Of a DNA stretch of 64,000 bases, positions 1-9,066 are shown piece by piece (positions within the stretch are counted from its first letter, which is position 1; every line of letters starts with the position of its first letter). Source of the DNA: Candidatus Dojkabacteria bacterium (GTDB taxonomy: Bacteria; Patescibacteriota; Dojkabacteria; SC72; JAFGCJ01); NCBI GenBank assembly GCA_016932785.1, contig JAFGCJ010000001.1:74909-138908 (forward strand). Direction: 5' to 3'. The notes beneath the pieces were generated by a model. It was not told the DNA's origin, did not search any database, and worked only from the letters and a program-made list of their open reading frames with translations. The position numbers and the translations under genes were made by a program.

Positions 1-974
1 CAATGATGAGGATTGATGGTCTGCTTACTCCTATTGTTCAGGAAATCATTACCGAAGAAGATGCTATGAATTTGATTGCTCCTCTACTTCCTGAAAATAA
101 GCGGGAATTGCTTGAGGTTAATAGAGAAGTAGATTTATCTTATGCTTATAAGGATGTCGCAAGGTTTAGGGTTAATGCCTATTATGAAAGAGATAATCCT
201 GCTGCAGCGCTTAGACTTATTCCGAGTAGAATAAGATCTATTGAGGAGCTAAAACTTCCTGGAGTTTACCATCAATTTGTTAATCTTCCCCAGGGACTTG
301 TTCTTGTAACCGGTCCTACAGGCCATGGAAAGAGCACAACGCTTGCGGCAATTATTCAGGAGATAAATACAACACTTCCAAAGCATATAATAACAATTGA
401 AGATCCAATAGAGTATATATATCCTCCGTCTAAGGCTCTTATTGACCAGAGAGAGATGCATGAAGATACACATTCATGGGAGATAGCGCTTAGAAGTGCG
501 ATGAGGCAGGACCCTGATGTTGTTCTTGTTGGAGAAATGAGAGATTTCGAGACTATAGCTTCGGCAATAACGCTTGCAGAAACAGGACATCTGGTGTTTG
601 CTACTCTTCATACAAATAATGCTGCTCAGACAATAGATCGTGTTGTTGACGTTTTTCCTGAGCACCAACAGGCACAGGTAAGAACTCAGTTGTCAAATAT
701 TCTTGAGGCCGTAATATCTCAGAGGCTTATACCAATAATTGGTGGAGGAAGAAGAGCAGTGTCTGAGGTTTTGCTTGCTACACCTGCCGTCAGGAGTCTT
801 ATAAGAGAAGGTAAATCCCATCAGATCGATAACGTCATTAGAACTAGTGTGGATGTTGGTATGAAGTCACTTGAACATTCGCTTGTTGACTTGGTCAGAG
901 AGGGTGTGATTACAATGGAAGATGCTGAGGCGTTTGCTGTTCATCCTGAAGAGGTTGTAAGGCTTCTTAAGTAG
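1..974 (+). CDS. pilT: Type IV pilus retraction ATPase PilT (5' end cut by window edge)
   Basis: Frame starts at nt 3 and aligns from about residue 25 of canonical PilT (MIRIDG...). Walker A GPTGHGKSTT, EDPIEY Asp box, Walker B-like VVLVGEMRD, His box TGHLVFATLHT. PilT-sized rather than PilB-sized. Confidence 0.9.
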   Translation, partial: MMRIDGLLTPIVQEIITEEDAMNLIAPLLPENKRELLEVNREVDLSYAYKDVARFRVNAYYERDNPAAALRLIPSRIRSIEELKLPGVYHQFVNLPQGLVLVTGPTGHGKSTTLAAIIQEINTTLPKHIITIEDPIEYIYPPSKALIDQREMHEDTHSWEIALRSAMRQDPDVVLVGEMRDFETIASAITLAETGHLVFATLHTNNAAQTIDRVVDVFPEHQQAQVRTQLSNILEAVISQRLIPIIGGGRRAVSEVLLATPAVRSLIREGKSHQIDNVIRTSVDVGMKSLEHSLVDLVREGVITMEDAEAFAVHPEEVVRLLK

Positions 975-1017
975 TGAAGATACCTTGATAGAAGATTAAT
1001 TTTAGGTCCTAGAATTA

Positions 1018-2226
1018 ATGAAAAAATTCGAGTATTCGGCAAGAACTCCTGCTGGTGCCATTCAACGTGGTGAGATAGAGTCAGATTCGAGGACAAAAGT
1101 GGTTCGACTTCTCCAGGAAAGAGATCTAATAGTTGTCAATGTCAGTGAAAAGGTCTCCATGATAGGTTCGCTTAGTGAAATAAATGTAGGTGGTGTTCCT
1201 ATTGATGAGAAGGTTATTTTTATGCGCCAGCTGGCTACAATGGTCTCTTCGGGGCTTCCGCTTACCCAGTCACTTGAGATTTTATCGGTTCAGGCAAAGA
1301 ATCCTAAATTCAAAAAAGTTCTAAAAGCGGTCTTGAATGATGTTGAGGGTGGAAGCTCTCTTGCAAATTCGTTTAAAAAGCATAAGGGAGTTTTCGATGA
1401 TGTTGTGTTGAATCTTATTAAAGCCGGTGAAGACAGTGGTAAGTTGGAGGAGATTTTTCTGAAGCTTGCCGATGAACTTGAACATAAAAGGGATTTTCAG
1501 AATAAAGTTAAGTCTGCAATGATTTATCCAATAGTTATATTGGTTGTTATTGTCATTGTTGTTGGTTTAGTTATGGTATTCATGATTCCCAACGTTTCGG
1601 ATATTTATGGTGAGTTTGGAGGAGATCTACCACCGATTACAAAGGTGCTTGTTTCAATCAGTGACTTTGTTCGGGAGTACTGGTGGATTGTGCTGATAGT
1701 TCTTGCAGGCTTAGCTGCTGGAATTAAGTACTATATTGATAGTCCTGGAGGAAGGAAAGTTTTTGATAATTTTGTTCTCAAAATCCCAATATTTGGTGAT
1801 TTGACTACCAAGACGCAACTCGCACAGTTTACTCAAACCTTTCATTTGTTAATTACCAGTGGTTTGCCTATTTTGGATGCTCTTGATCTTGTAGCAAATT
1901 CGTTGAGTAACTCTTGGTTCAGGGATGCCATCTCGCAGGCTGCCAAGGAGGTGGAAAAGGGAAGTTCTTTGGCATTACCTATTTCCCGGTCTGATGTATT
2001 TCCCTTGATTGTAAGTCAGATGATTGGGGTCGGTGAAGAAACCGGTAAACTGGATGATGTTTTGGAAAAGATGTCTGAGTACTACAACACAGAAGTTAAC
2101 ATTATGGCAAACAATCTCGCAAATATAATGGAGCCGCTAATGCTCATCATTATGGCAGTTGTGATTGGTTTCATTGCTGTTGCTGTGTACATGCCGCTCT
2201 TCTCCCTTGCAAACGTTGTTCAGTAA
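1018..2226 (+). CDS. pilC: Type IV pilus platform protein PilC (GspF family)
   Basis: 402 aa with duplicated T2SS-F type domain and three hydrophobic TM stretches (e.g. IYPIVILVVIVIVVGLVMVF). Lies immediately after pilT. Confidence 0.9.
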   Translation: MKKFEYSARTPAGAIQRGEIESDSRTKVVRLLQERDLIVVNVSEKVSMIGSLSEINVGGVPIDEKVIFMRQLATMVSSGLPLTQSLEILSVQAKNPKFKKVLKAVLNDVEGGSSLANSFKKHKGVFDDVVLNLIKAGEDSGKLEEIFLKLADELEHKRDFQNKVKSAMIYPIVILVVIVIVVGLVMVFMIPNVSDIYGEFGGDLPPITKVLVSISDFVREYWWIVLIVLAGLAAGIKYYIDSPGGRKVFDNFVLKIPIFGDLTTKTQLAQFTQTFHLLITSGLPILDALDLVANSLSNSWFRDAISQAAKEVEKGSSLALPISRSDVFPLIVSQMIGVGEETGKLDDVLEKMSEYYNTEVNIMANNLANIMEPLMLIIMAVVIGFIAVAVYMPLFSLANVVQ

Positions 2227-2267
2227 TGTTAGATTGAAAATATTAAATTATTAAATTTAATTAAACT

Positions 2268-2810
2268 ATGATTAAGACTCTAAGGAAATTTCGACGTGAA
2301 GAAGGTTTCACGTTAGTGGAGTTACTTGTTGTTATGGCTATTATTGCTGTACTTATAGCAATTTCGGTTGCAGGATTGGGTTTTGCTATGAGAAGGTCTA
2401 GAAATATTGCTAGGGAATCAGCTGTGGCTAATATCGAGAGGGCGCTATCCGCATACTATGCTGATAGTGAAACCTATCCTAATCCTACCAATGTAGGTAA
2501 TGTTAATACACTTGCTCAGTCGACCTTGAAGGATCAACTTGAAGGTAGCTGGGATCCAGGTCCTCCGAATACTGAGTATTACTATGCTACAACGAATGAC
2601 ATTCTTTTGTTTGTGATATGTGTGAATCAGGAGACAAACACAGCGAATAACTATGACTATTATTGTACTGGTCCTGGCATGGGACAGATAGGAAGTACTA
2701 GTAGCGAAGCTAACTATGATAATGTTCCATTGTCTGGAGTTACCCAAATGATAAGTAATAAGTGGTGTGGAGATGATACTTGGGTAGGAATCAGTGCAAG
2801 CTGTCCGTAA
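2268..2810 (+). CDS. Type IV pilin, candidate major pilin
   Basis: Class III signal peptide KFRREEG|FTLVELLVVMAIIAVLIAI (Gly-1, Phe+1, Glu+5). 180 aa with C-terminal Cys residues. First pilin gene of the locus, followed by a strong hairpin. Confidence 0.85.
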   Translation: MIKTLRKFRREEGFTLVELLVVMAIIAVLIAISVAGLGFAMRRSRNIARESAVANIERALSAYYADSETYPNPTNVGNVNTLAQSTLKDQLEGSWDPGPPNTEYYYATTNDILLFVICVNQETNTANNYDYYCTGPGMGQIGSTSSEANYDNVPLSGVTQMISNKWCGDDTWVGISASCP

Positions 2811-2823
2811 GAACGAATTATGG

Positions 2824-2847
2824 GGGTAGGATTTCTATCCTACCCCA
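2824..2847 (+). terminator. Hairpin after the pilin gene (terminator or attenuator-like, no U tract)
   Basis: Perfect 10-bp stem GGGGTAGGAT / ATCCTACCCC with loop TTCT, 14 nt after the pilin stop. Followed by ACTGACAC rather than a T run. Confidence 0.45.
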
Positions 2848-2865
2848 CTGACACATAGATTTTGT

Positions 2866-3675
2866 ATGAATGTTTCAACATTAATAACTGTTATTTCCTG
2901 TTTTCTGTCGGGTATGATTGGTGCCAGCTTTGCCAGCTTCATAAATGTAGCAGCGTCAAGTAAGGGGTCAATCTGGAAAAATATCAGCAGGAGAAGCTCT
3001 GTTTGTGAGAAGTGTGGAAAAAGTCTGCATCATTGGGAGCTTATTCCAGTATTTGGCTGGTTATTTCTACAAGGAAAATGCAGTGTATGTAAAGAAAGAA
3101 TCTCAACTTTTCATCCTGTCAGCGAGTTATTGCTTGGAGGAGCCTTTGTTATTCTGTACCTAAATTACTTGGATCAGCCGCTTAGTCTTGTTTTGTTCTC
3201 TTGTGTTACGCTCGGTCTCTATTTTATCGCTGTTTACGATGTCTTTAGGAGGAAGATTCCTAATGTGTTTATTTTCCCTTTAATAATAGTTGCGGCTATC
3301 ATAAGATTTACGAATTGGAGTATGATTCCTGAGTACTTTGGGGGCGCGCTACTCTACTTCTCGTTTTTCTTTCTAATAAATGTGCTGACGGTTACGGGTT
3401 TATTTCCTGGAGTCAAGAAAGGATCCAAAGGATTTGGATGGGGAGATTCTAAATTTGCCATATTTCTAGGTCTTTTGCTTGGATTTCGTGGTTCGACAAT
3501 CTCTCTTTCTCTAGCAATATTTGCAGGGGGTGTGATTGGTGCTATACTGATGTTATCAGGTAGTAAGAGGGGCACCAAAATCCCTTTTGCTCCATTTCTT
3601 TCTTTGGGTTCTTTTATAGCTCTTGTCTGGTACGAAGAGATATGGGATGTTCTAATGAGCTATTTTCTAATTTGA
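2866..3675 (+). CDS. pilD: Prepilin peptidase PilD (A24 family)
   Basis: Polytopic membrane protein. N-terminal CxxC...CxxC (CEKCGKSL...CSVCKERIS) as in prepilin peptidases. Asp motifs VYD and GWGDSKF (the GxGDxK-type active site). Confidence 0.85.
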   Translation: MNVSTLITVISCFLSGMIGASFASFINVAASSKGSIWKNISRRSSVCEKCGKSLHHWELIPVFGWLFLQGKCSVCKERISTFHPVSELLLGGAFVILYLNYLDQPLSLVLFSCVTLGLYFIAVYDVFRRKIPNVFIFPLIIVAAIIRFTNWSMIPEYFGGALLYFSFFFLINVLTVTGLFPGVKKGSKGFGWGDSKFAIFLGLLLGFRGSTISLSLAIFAGGVIGAILMLSGSKRGTKIPFAPFLSLGSFIALVWYEEIWDVLMSYFLI

Positions 3676-3687
3676 AGCTATTATCGG

Positions 3688-4401
3688 GTGGCAACTGCCC
3701 TTTCGAAAAAAACAAAAATTCTTGGGAAAAATAATGATGGCTATACTCTTATTGAGCTCCTTGTTGTTATGGCTATAATTTCAGCGCTATTCCTTGTTTC
3801 TTGGGCTGGTTTTTATGGTTTGAACACGACAATGAGGCTTAGGCAAGCTTCAGAGAATATGAAATCCGATATTGTATATGCACAACGCGCAGCCATGCTT
3901 CTTAAGCGTGATGTTGGGGAGAATTGGGTGAGTGGAATCGGAATTGATCTGCGTGATATGTATAACAATGATGATGATTTGAGATATACATTATTTAAGT
4001 GGTGTAGTAGCAGTCCCAACTATGTTGATTTTGAGGACAACATCCCTAATTTCCCCGAAGACTATAACACTGGGAGTGATGCTTGTATAACTGGCTCGAA
4101 TGAGCTTGTTGTACTTCCAAACAAGAAAAATATTTTGGTCTCGAGTTCAGGCATGGGGTTTAGGAAAGGGAGAGATGGTCTCAGCGATTCAACAGATAGA
4201 GATGCAGACGCGCTTGCTTTTATAGTTTTTGAGTCGGTTACCGGGATCCCCCATTTTTTTGATGAGGGAGGTGGATATATTTCTGAGCCGAGTGATGTTG
4301 AGTATGAACTTTTATTAAACATAAGAAATCGAACTAATGGAGTTTACGTAGAGAAGGCAGGAGATGTAGGGCTACTTCTTAATTTTGAGTTTGAGGACTA
4401 G
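3688..4401 (+). CDS. Pilin-like protein (minor pilin), GTG start
   Basis: Prepilin motif NNDG|YTLIELLVVMAIISALF with Glu+5. 237 aa. Confidence 0.75.
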   Translation: MATALSKKTKILGKNNDGYTLIELLVVMAIISALFLVSWAGFYGLNTTMRLRQASENMKSDIVYAQRAAMLLKRDVGENWVSGIGIDLRDMYNNDDDLRYTLFKWCSSSPNYVDFEDNIPNFPEDYNTGSDACITGSNELVVLPNKKNILVSSSGMGFRKGRDGLSDSTDRDADALAFIVFESVTGIPHFFDEGGGYISEPSDVEYELLLNIRNRTNGVYVEKAGDVGLLLNFEFED

Positions 4402-4406
4402 GGCAA

Positions 4407-5552
4407 ATGAAGGTCACATACTTGAAAAAAATAGTTGATTCGGAAGAAGCGGTAGGATTTGTGGAAAGCCTGATTGCAATACTAATTGTAGGTGTTGCGT
4501 CCGTTGCTCTATTATCGATATCTGCGGCAGTTGTGAGAGAAGCCAAGAGGAATGAGATTAGGGATGCCAGAACTCAATATGCTGTAGAGGGTATGGAAAA
4601 GGTTCGTTGGATCGCCGAAGTAGATGACATTCCCGGGCCCGGTTACTACTGTCTTACTGATGATGACGGGTGCGATGGTGAAGGTTATCTAAAATTGATT
4701 GAGGGTGAGAGATGCTCGGAGAATAATGATGGATCTGGAGAATGTGGAAGGCTTCCCCTCTCTACCGGGTCTGAATTCTTTTATCGTGAAATATATATTG
4801 AGGATGCTGATAGTGGATCTGTTAAGTTTGAGGTATTGGTCGGTGAATTAAGACGTCCGTCCTCAACAAAGAGTGAATCCAGCATTGTAGGACACATCGG
4901 AGGTTTAAGGGACTATACTCCGGAAGAGTCTCTTTGTCATAGTGATGGTACAGCAAGAACAACAGGTTGGGGAGAGAATCTATATGACTGTGAGGGAGAA
5001 AACAAAAGATGTGTTGATGGGGAATGTGTTACGTGTGACGGTGTTCTTTTCGATGATGGGTGTGGAGGGTGTGCCGGACAGGGAGGTAAAGCATGTTGGT
5101 ATGTCGGCAGTGCAAGTTGTAATAGTGTTTGCAGTGTTGCTGGCTCCAGTTGTGTAAATCCTCCGGACGCCAGTCATCACTGGAATGCAAAGGATGGCCT
5201 GTTCTCTGCGTTCGGATATTCAGGCTGCACGATAAATAGCTCTACCTTTCCAAATTGTCCAGGTATAGTAAAAGAGACACAGAAGATTTATTACTGTTCT
5301 ACCGGGGCTGAAATTAGGGAACCGATAGACAGATATTTCCGTAACATATCTATTGATGATCCGATAGATTTGCCATCTACCTTGTGCTCTCTTGAGGGTG
5401 TTAAGAAGAGAACCGTCTGTTATAAATTATCTTCTGGTGCATACAGCGGATGTTCTACATATCGGAATCTAGGAAATGATGTGATAGATCGTCCCCCATT
5501 GAAGATACTTGTGGATTATGAATTTTCTCGATTGTGTGTTTGTGAGCATTAG
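4407..5552 (+). CDS. Pilin-like protein with large Cys-rich C-terminal domain (PilV-like N-terminus)
   Basis: N-terminus EEAVG|FVESLIAILIVGVASVALL is hydrophobic and pilin-like, but Glu sits at +3 rather than +5. About 23 Cys in the C-terminal 300 aa (e.g. CVDGECVTCDGVLFDDGCGGCAGQGGKAC). Confidence 0.55.
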   Translation: MKVTYLKKIVDSEEAVGFVESLIAILIVGVASVALLSISAAVVREAKRNEIRDARTQYAVEGMEKVRWIAEVDDIPGPGYYCLTDDDGCDGEGYLKLIEGERCSENNDGSGECGRLPLSTGSEFFYREIYIEDADSGSVKFEVLVGELRRPSSTKSESSIVGHIGGLRDYTPEESLCHSDGTARTTGWGENLYDCEGENKRCVDGECVTCDGVLFDDGCGGCAGQGGKACWYVGSASCNSVCSVAGSSCVNPPDASHHWNAKDGLFSAFGYSGCTINSSTFPNCPGIVKETQKIYYCSTGAEIREPIDRYFRNISIDDPIDLPSTLCSLEGVKKRTVCYKLSSGAYSGCSTYRNLGNDVIDRPPLKILVDYEFSRLCVCEH

Positions 5553-5577
5553 GATTTAATTTGTTACGAATCATTTT

Positions 5578-6174
5578 TTGTTACCAGGAAGAAACCCGGA
5601 AACAAAGGAGGAAGGATATACACTAATTGAAGTTCTGTTAACGATTTTTATTATGGGTATGATACTTCTTCTTGTTAATGTCATCCTTATATCCTTGATT
5701 CGTGTTAGTTATGATACTGACGCGAGGATGAAAGTTCGGCAGGGAGTCGAATTTTCTCTTGAGGTTATTAGGAACAATATTAAAAGTGCCAGTCCTGCAA
5801 CCATAAGACTGAAAAATGCGGGTTCTGACGTGGTTGAGTGTACTACAACACATGATAATCCTCAGGATTGTGAGCTTCATATGAGTCTTGCTGAGGAAGG
5901 TGCTGAAATTGTTTTTTCTAGAATCGAAGAACAAGGTAAAGGTCGCTTGAGGGCAACTTGGACTTCGAGTAATCAGTACATCAATCTTACCTCTCTTGAA
6001 GACATTGATGTAAAAAGTGTGATGTTTAGTTCAAACAGGAACGATGTAACTGGTACAGTTGAAATTATTATTATTGTCCAGGCGGATTCCAGTAAGCTCC
6101 GATCTGGTGGTGATCCGATTGTTGAAGACTTCTACAAGCAGGCAACTATAATTACCAGGGGTCAGGAATTATAG
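5578..6174 (+). CDS. Pilin-like protein (minor pilin), TTG start
   Basis: Prepilin motif KEEG|YTLIEVLLTIFIMGMILLLV with Glu+5. 198 aa. Confidence 0.7.
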   Translation: MLPGRNPETKEEGYTLIEVLLTIFIMGMILLLVNVILISLIRVSYDTDARMKVRQGVEFSLEVIRNNIKSASPATIRLKNAGSDVVECTTTHDNPQDCELHMSLAEEGAEIVFSRIEEQGKGRLRATWTSSNQYINLTSLEDIDVKSVMFSSNRNDVTGTVEIIIIVQADSSKLRSGGDPIVEDFYKQATIITRGQEL

Positions 6175-6194
6175 TTGAAACTGTCTGCTTTTAG

Positions 6195-7151
6195 ATGTCC
6201 TTTGTGTTTGACAATTCCCCTTCAATAATCTATTCTGATATTATGAAAAGATTACTAAAAGAGCATTCCGGAAGGCATTATTTAAAAGATGATTCAGGTC
6301 AAGCTCTTGTCGTGGTATTACTTCTGTTAGTTATAGCTGCAATTATTGCTGTTGCAATATCTTTTCGAACTATCCAGGATATTAGGAGAACGGGTGAGGA
6401 AAAGGCCTCAAAAGACGCTGCGACTCAAGTAGAGTCGATGCTAGATGTTGTTTCAAGTCCTGTAGTTTTTGATGAAGTTATCTATAACTGTGGTGAATAT
6501 TGGGCTATAGGTCAGGTCTGCGAACTTGAGATGGAAGATTTAAATAATCTTCTTGGTACTGACGTAGAGTGTGAGGATGCTGGAGTGAAGCTAAGACCAG
6601 ACGATGGAGTTCAAGATTTTCTTATCGAAAAGGATGACGTATTTGAGTTAAACCTCGAAGACGTTGGTGCCGGGTCTCTTTGTATTAGCTGGGATCAAGG
6701 TACAGGAAATGTTGCAGATTATGTAACTTTGAGCTCTTATCTTCATCAGGACGAATGTCGCGTTGAGTACCAGATGACAATGGGAGGAACTGTCTATCAT
6801 GCGACAAATTGTGTTGAAAGAGTAAGAGGATTTACCTATTCGAATCCAGATTCATGGGGGAACAGTGGTCTTGTTCAGATTTCAGGCGGTAGTTGTGGTA
6901 ATTTCGATTTTAGTGAGGATGTTGAAGTTATACGGATAAGACCTGTCGGGGGAAATGCGAGAATTACTCTTTCCAATCTGCCGGATGATTTACCTCCACA
7001 AACAGCTAGTCTTCATGGTTATTGTTACACAACAGCTACCGATGGTGGTGAGGTTTATCAAGAATTGGTAAGAAAGATTACAGTTAATCCTTTTCTTCCG
7101 TCGATTTTTGATTATGTGTTGTTTAGTGGAGACGACGCTGTGATAAAATAG
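6195..7151 (+). CDS. PilX-like minor pilin / pilus assembly protein
   Basis: Hydrophobic N-terminus DDSG|QALVVVLLLLVIAAIIAVAISF resembles PilX N-terminal domains. The internal ATG at 6243 (MKRLLKEHSG...) is the more plausible start. Confidence 0.55.
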   Translation: MSFVFDNSPSIIYSDIMKRLLKEHSGRHYLKDDSGQALVVVLLLLVIAAIIAVAISFRTIQDIRRTGEEKASKDAATQVESMLDVVSSPVVFDEVIYNCGEYWAIGQVCELEMEDLNNLLGTDVECEDAGVKLRPDDGVQDFLIEKDDVFELNLEDVGAGSLCISWDQGTGNVADYVTLSSYLHQDECRVEYQMTMGGTVYHATNCVERVRGFTYSNPDSWGNSGLVQISGGSCGNFDFSEDVEVIRIRPVGGNARITLSNLPDDLPPQTASLHGYCYTTATDGGEVYQELVRKITVNPFLPSIFDYVLFSGDDAVIK

Positions 7152-7191
7152 TCTTGATCCACTGCCGGATAATTTATTAAAAAAACTTGGT

Positions 7192-7587
7192 ATGAAGAAT
7201 AATAAGCATGTTGTACTTATTGTAGAAGATGAGGCGGCCCTTCTTGATTCGTATGCTGAAATAATAGAAGACGCCGGGTTTGTCGCAATGAAAGCTCAGG
7301 ATGGCTATAAGGGACTAGACTCTCTTGAGGCAAATAAAGGGGTTATAGATATGGTGCTTCTTGACCTCATGATGCCGGGACTTGATGGGCTGGATGTTCT
7401 AAAGCAGGTCCGTGATGATAAGGCAAAATATGGCGATCTTCCGATTATTGTTTTAACCAATCTCTCCAGCGAAAGAGTTATTAAGGAGGCGTTTGAGAGA
7501 GGCGCAAATGGATATCTTATGAAGACAGAATTGGAGCCGGATCAGATCGTCGGAGAAATAGAAATTGCTCTTGGATTAAAAAAGTAG
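7192..7587 (+). CDS. Stand-alone response regulator receiver domain (CheY/PilH-like)
   Basis: 131 aa. Acidic pair VEDE, phospho-acceptor Asp in VLLDLMMPGLDG, conserved T (VLTN) and K (YLMKT). No output domain and no kinase in the window. Confidence 0.9.
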   Translation: MKNNKHVVLIVEDEAALLDSYAEIIEDAGFVAMKAQDGYKGLDSLEANKGVIDMVLLDLMMPGLDGLDVLKQVRDDKAKYGDLPIIVLTNLSSERVIKEAFERGANGYLMKTELEPDQIVGEIEIALGLKK

Positions 7588-7623
7588 GTTTAATATTTTC
7601 TATGCGTAACGAGGGACTGCCTT

Positions 7624-9066
7624 ATGAGTTTAAGGGATTTGTTGCAAAAAATTAACTGGAAGATTGTACTAGGTATCTTGTCGGGTGTCGTTGTTTTGGG
7701 TGCAGTATTTTTCTATTGGTATGTTACTTTCTGGTTGAATCGGGAGGACGATGAGGTAAAGAAGATAGAATTTGAGCATACTTTCTGTGAAGAAAATCCA
7801 GAAGATGTGGAAATGGATTTTCTGATTGACGAGTCATATATTTCAATTCTCTATAATTATGCTAATGATGAGGCTTTTCGTGAGGATCCGATAAAGGCCT
7901 TTTCGGAAAGTATAGTTGTAACAGGCAATGGTGATGGTGTTGAGTCAAGCGCGCAGGATTTCTACGTCGGGAGGACTATAGACTTTATGTATTTCAGTGA
8001 ATATTGGGGTCTCAAGAAGAACGATGAGACTTATCTGGACTATGCTGAAGATGTGAAGGATTTTTTCTATAATAAAGTAAGGCCTTTCGCCTCGAGAGAA
8101 GATGCTAAATATATAAGTGTTACTCCCTACTCCATCTGTTATCCTCTTAAGAACGAGGATCTTCTTGATGATGAATTTAAGCAGTTTGTTGAAGAAATAT
8201 GTCTTACTCAGAACCATGATGCTGATAGGCTTGTTTCTCCATGTGTCCAGGAGGATTTTACTTCTGGTGATTTAGAAGATCTTTTTTCTATGATTAAGGC
8301 CGATGATGAAGATGGTGTCATTGGTTTTATGAAGGAGAATGGATTTGAAGAAAAAATTGATAAGCCCTATGTTATTGATTTATCAGACAAAATAGTCGAT
8401 TATGTGATTCTTCAGAAACCAGAATATCTATCTGATCTTACCGATTATGGTCAGACGGAAATTGATGAATTAAAGAAGGAAAATGACAATTTTGGTAAAA
8501 ACGAGTGGTCTCAAGAGTTTGCAGAAACTGTTACTGACAAGGACAACCTTAGTGCCTGTCTTTATGAGAGAATGTACAGAGATCTTTCTGAGTCTTTATC
8601 ATTTATTTATACCAGAGGTAAGCAGTTCGGTGGTTACCTCCCTCAGGATTCAACAATCAGTCTTCTTAACTCACTGAAATATATTATTAATTCAGAGAAT
8701 CTTAGCTCTGCAGAGAATAATCTTTTGAAAGATATTTACTCATATTTAAAAGATAACCTTGATGATTTATACGAGCGTGGTGACTGGAGAAAAAATGGAT
8801 ACACGGATATCGCGTCACTTGAGCTCTGTCTCGAGGATGAGATTCTGAGATTTCATGTTCCGGACGCATATGAGCAGACAGATGCTGCATGTCCTTACAG
8901 TGAGTATATGAGGGCAATGATAGTGGAGAAATCTTGCGAAGAAACAGATGGAGAGTATCTTCTGGTATTTCAGGATTTGGGGGACGAGGAAGAGGCATAT
9001 GGCCAGGTTTTTAATACATTGAGAGTGTTATTTAACTTGGGGTTGATTGAGGATAGTGGGAATTAG
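7624..9066 (+). CDS. Hypothetical N-terminally anchored, highly acidic protein
   Basis: 480-aa ORF. Single N-terminal TM (ILGILSGVVVLGAVFFYWYVTFW) followed by a D/E/Y-rich sequence. No motif I recognise. Confidence 0.65.
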   Translation: MSLRDLLQKINWKIVLGILSGVVVLGAVFFYWYVTFWLNREDDEVKKIEFEHTFCEENPEDVEMDFLIDESYISILYNYANDEAFREDPIKAFSESIVVTGNGDGVESSAQDFYVGRTIDFMYFSEYWGLKKNDETYLDYAEDVKDFFYNKVRPFASREDAKYISVTPYSICYPLKNEDLLDDEFKQFVEEICLTQNHDADRLVSPCVQEDFTSGDLEDLFSMIKADDEDGVIGFMKENGFEEKIDKPYVIDLSDKIVDYVILQKPEYLSDLTDYGQTEIDELKKENDNFGKNEWSQEFAETVTDKDNLSACLYERMYRDLSESLSFIYTRGKQFGGYLPQDSTISLLNSLKYIINSENLSSAENNLLKDIYSYLKDNLDDLYERGDWRKNGYTDIASLELCLEDEILRFHVPDAYEQTDAACPYSEYMRAMIVEKSCEETDGEYLLVFQDLGDEEEAYGQVFNTLRVLFNLGLIEDSGN

